From Octopus vulgaris (Eukaryota), in contig OX597824.1 in the NCBI GenBank assembly GCA_951406725.2, positions 47,244,001-47,308,000 of the forward strand: a stretch of 64,000 nt of DNA, read 5' to 3'. Below are positions 62,563-64,000 of the stretch, one piece after another (the first letter of the stretch is position 1; every line of letters starts with the position of its first letter). The translations under genes were made by a program, and so were the position numbers. The notes under the pieces are model-generated. The model saw only the letters and a list, made by a program, of their open reading frames with translations, ran no database searches and had not been told where the DNA came from.

Positions 62563-64000
62563 CTGAAATAGAAAGGTGAAAAATGAATTTCAAAAGAATA
62601 CATTTTGATGATATTTTATTTTATTTTATTGAACTATTTTTATTGATTGGTAAAGAAGTGATTAAGCACAGAAAATATATTTGAAAAATCAGGCAACTGC
62701 CTTCTGAAAATAGTAAAAGATGCACCAGGTTTGATCGAATCAAGCTACAGTTGTACATGAACTGTCAATACAAGTTTTAAGTTAGTTGCAAAAGTTAGGT
62801 ACTTTTTCTTTTTTTTTTTTTCAGTTAATTTAAATAAAGGACAACTATGATACAATATAAAACAGGTGTCACCATTTGAACTTGTGACCTTTGTTCCTAA
62901 AGTCCATCACATTAATTAATTAGTGTCACAATATGTCACATTGTATTTTGTTCCTAATATTTTGAGATAACAAAAATTAAAAAAATTACAAATCATTATC
63001 ATCAGTATATTAGTTAATGAGTTTTTATTATTATTTATTTTTTCAATAAAAAGAAATGTTCATAATGTTTTTTTATAGTTTTTATCATGAAGTAACTTCA
63101 AAGTCAAAATAAGTATAAACTAAAATCAGAGATCAGATGTTATTAAAATTCATTTTGTATTACAATAGTAAAACAAAAGAAATATGGAGCTGGTATGAGA
63201 AGTGTGTAAGAAGCAGAACCGTTAACATATGAAGTGCCATGTTTGTACAACAAAAAATAACTGACTTAAATTTGTTATATACTGTTCAACAGCAAAATTG
63301 ACTTTCTCATTTAGTGAGTAAATTTAAATTTTTAATCTTTTTACAGTTTTTTTTTTCTTTTTCATTATTTAAAAGGTAGTATACTATCATTTAAACACTT
63401 TGGTAATTATTTCACAAAATAATGTTGAGCACAGCCAGTGTTAATATTCACAGAAACAGTAAAACAATTCCTTTACCTCATCACCCTGTATGTTTCATTC
63501 ATGGCTTTTATTAAAGCAATGCCTTTTTAGCTGCCAAGCCAATTAAGGAGACAAGGATGAGGTAGGACTTGGTTTTGTAGCAAACCCTCTCCATTTAAAC
63601 CCTTCACAGATTTATTAATCAAATATTATTCTGACAGTAGTCAAACTTAAAGATTGAGCCATGAAACTATCAAATATGATCAGTTTGATACTTTTGATAT
63701 TGTTATTATCACTTTTAAGTGATGGATTGGTAGAATCCACTTAGTGCAGGACAAAATAGTTCTAAACAGCTTTTAGTTATATTCTGCATTCAAATCTCAT
63801 CAAGGGATTGATAAAATAATACCAGACAAAGTACTATGGGTTGATACAATTGACTATACTCACTCCTCACAACATAAGGCCCAATGCCTATGTTAAAAAT
63901 TCATAGTATCACTTTAACAAGAATAGTGAATGAGCAGAAATGGTTCAAATGCCAGTTTAAATGCCTTATATTAAATTCCAAGTTCAAATCTTACCCTGTT

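Noticed and set aside
63511-63594. Short minus-strand ORF MERVCYKTKSYLILVSLIGLAAKKALL as the RMDN membrane anchor
   Set aside because: It ends in TAA with no canonical in-frame donor, so it is at most a uORF.

Overview
AT-rich, repeat-dense animal genomic DNA. The SINE, MITE and microsatellite repertoire suggests an octopus (inference). One host gene dominates the window: a minus-strand, multi-exon regulator-of-microtubule-dynamics gene (RMDN2/RMDN3, FAM82 family). Eight GT-AG exons between 27737 and 4085 splice in frame to about 270 aa of the TPR-containing C-terminal region and end at TAA. Several short, phase-compatible candidate exons lie further upstream (46122-46145, 50365-50418, weaker ones to about 63.5 kb), so the N-terminus is unresolved. 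The introns hold a Penelope-like retroelement with inverted pLTRs that each carry a decayed hammerhead ribozyme, an internally deleted mariner, a Mutator-type MITE with a 9-bp TSD, Tc1/mariner- and TTAA-type MITEs, Helitron/Helentron-like elements (one carrying a Gypsy integrase fragment), CR1, RTE and R4/Dong-like LINE remnants, three SINE families and a perfect (ATC)187 tract. I found no unambiguous new biological system. The best leads are the pLTR hammerheads, a double hairpin in the last intron, the micro-exon chain, and sequence modules shared between transposon classes. Nearly all ORFs in the supplied track are spurious or repeat-derived. All family assignments come from recognised motifs, not database searches.
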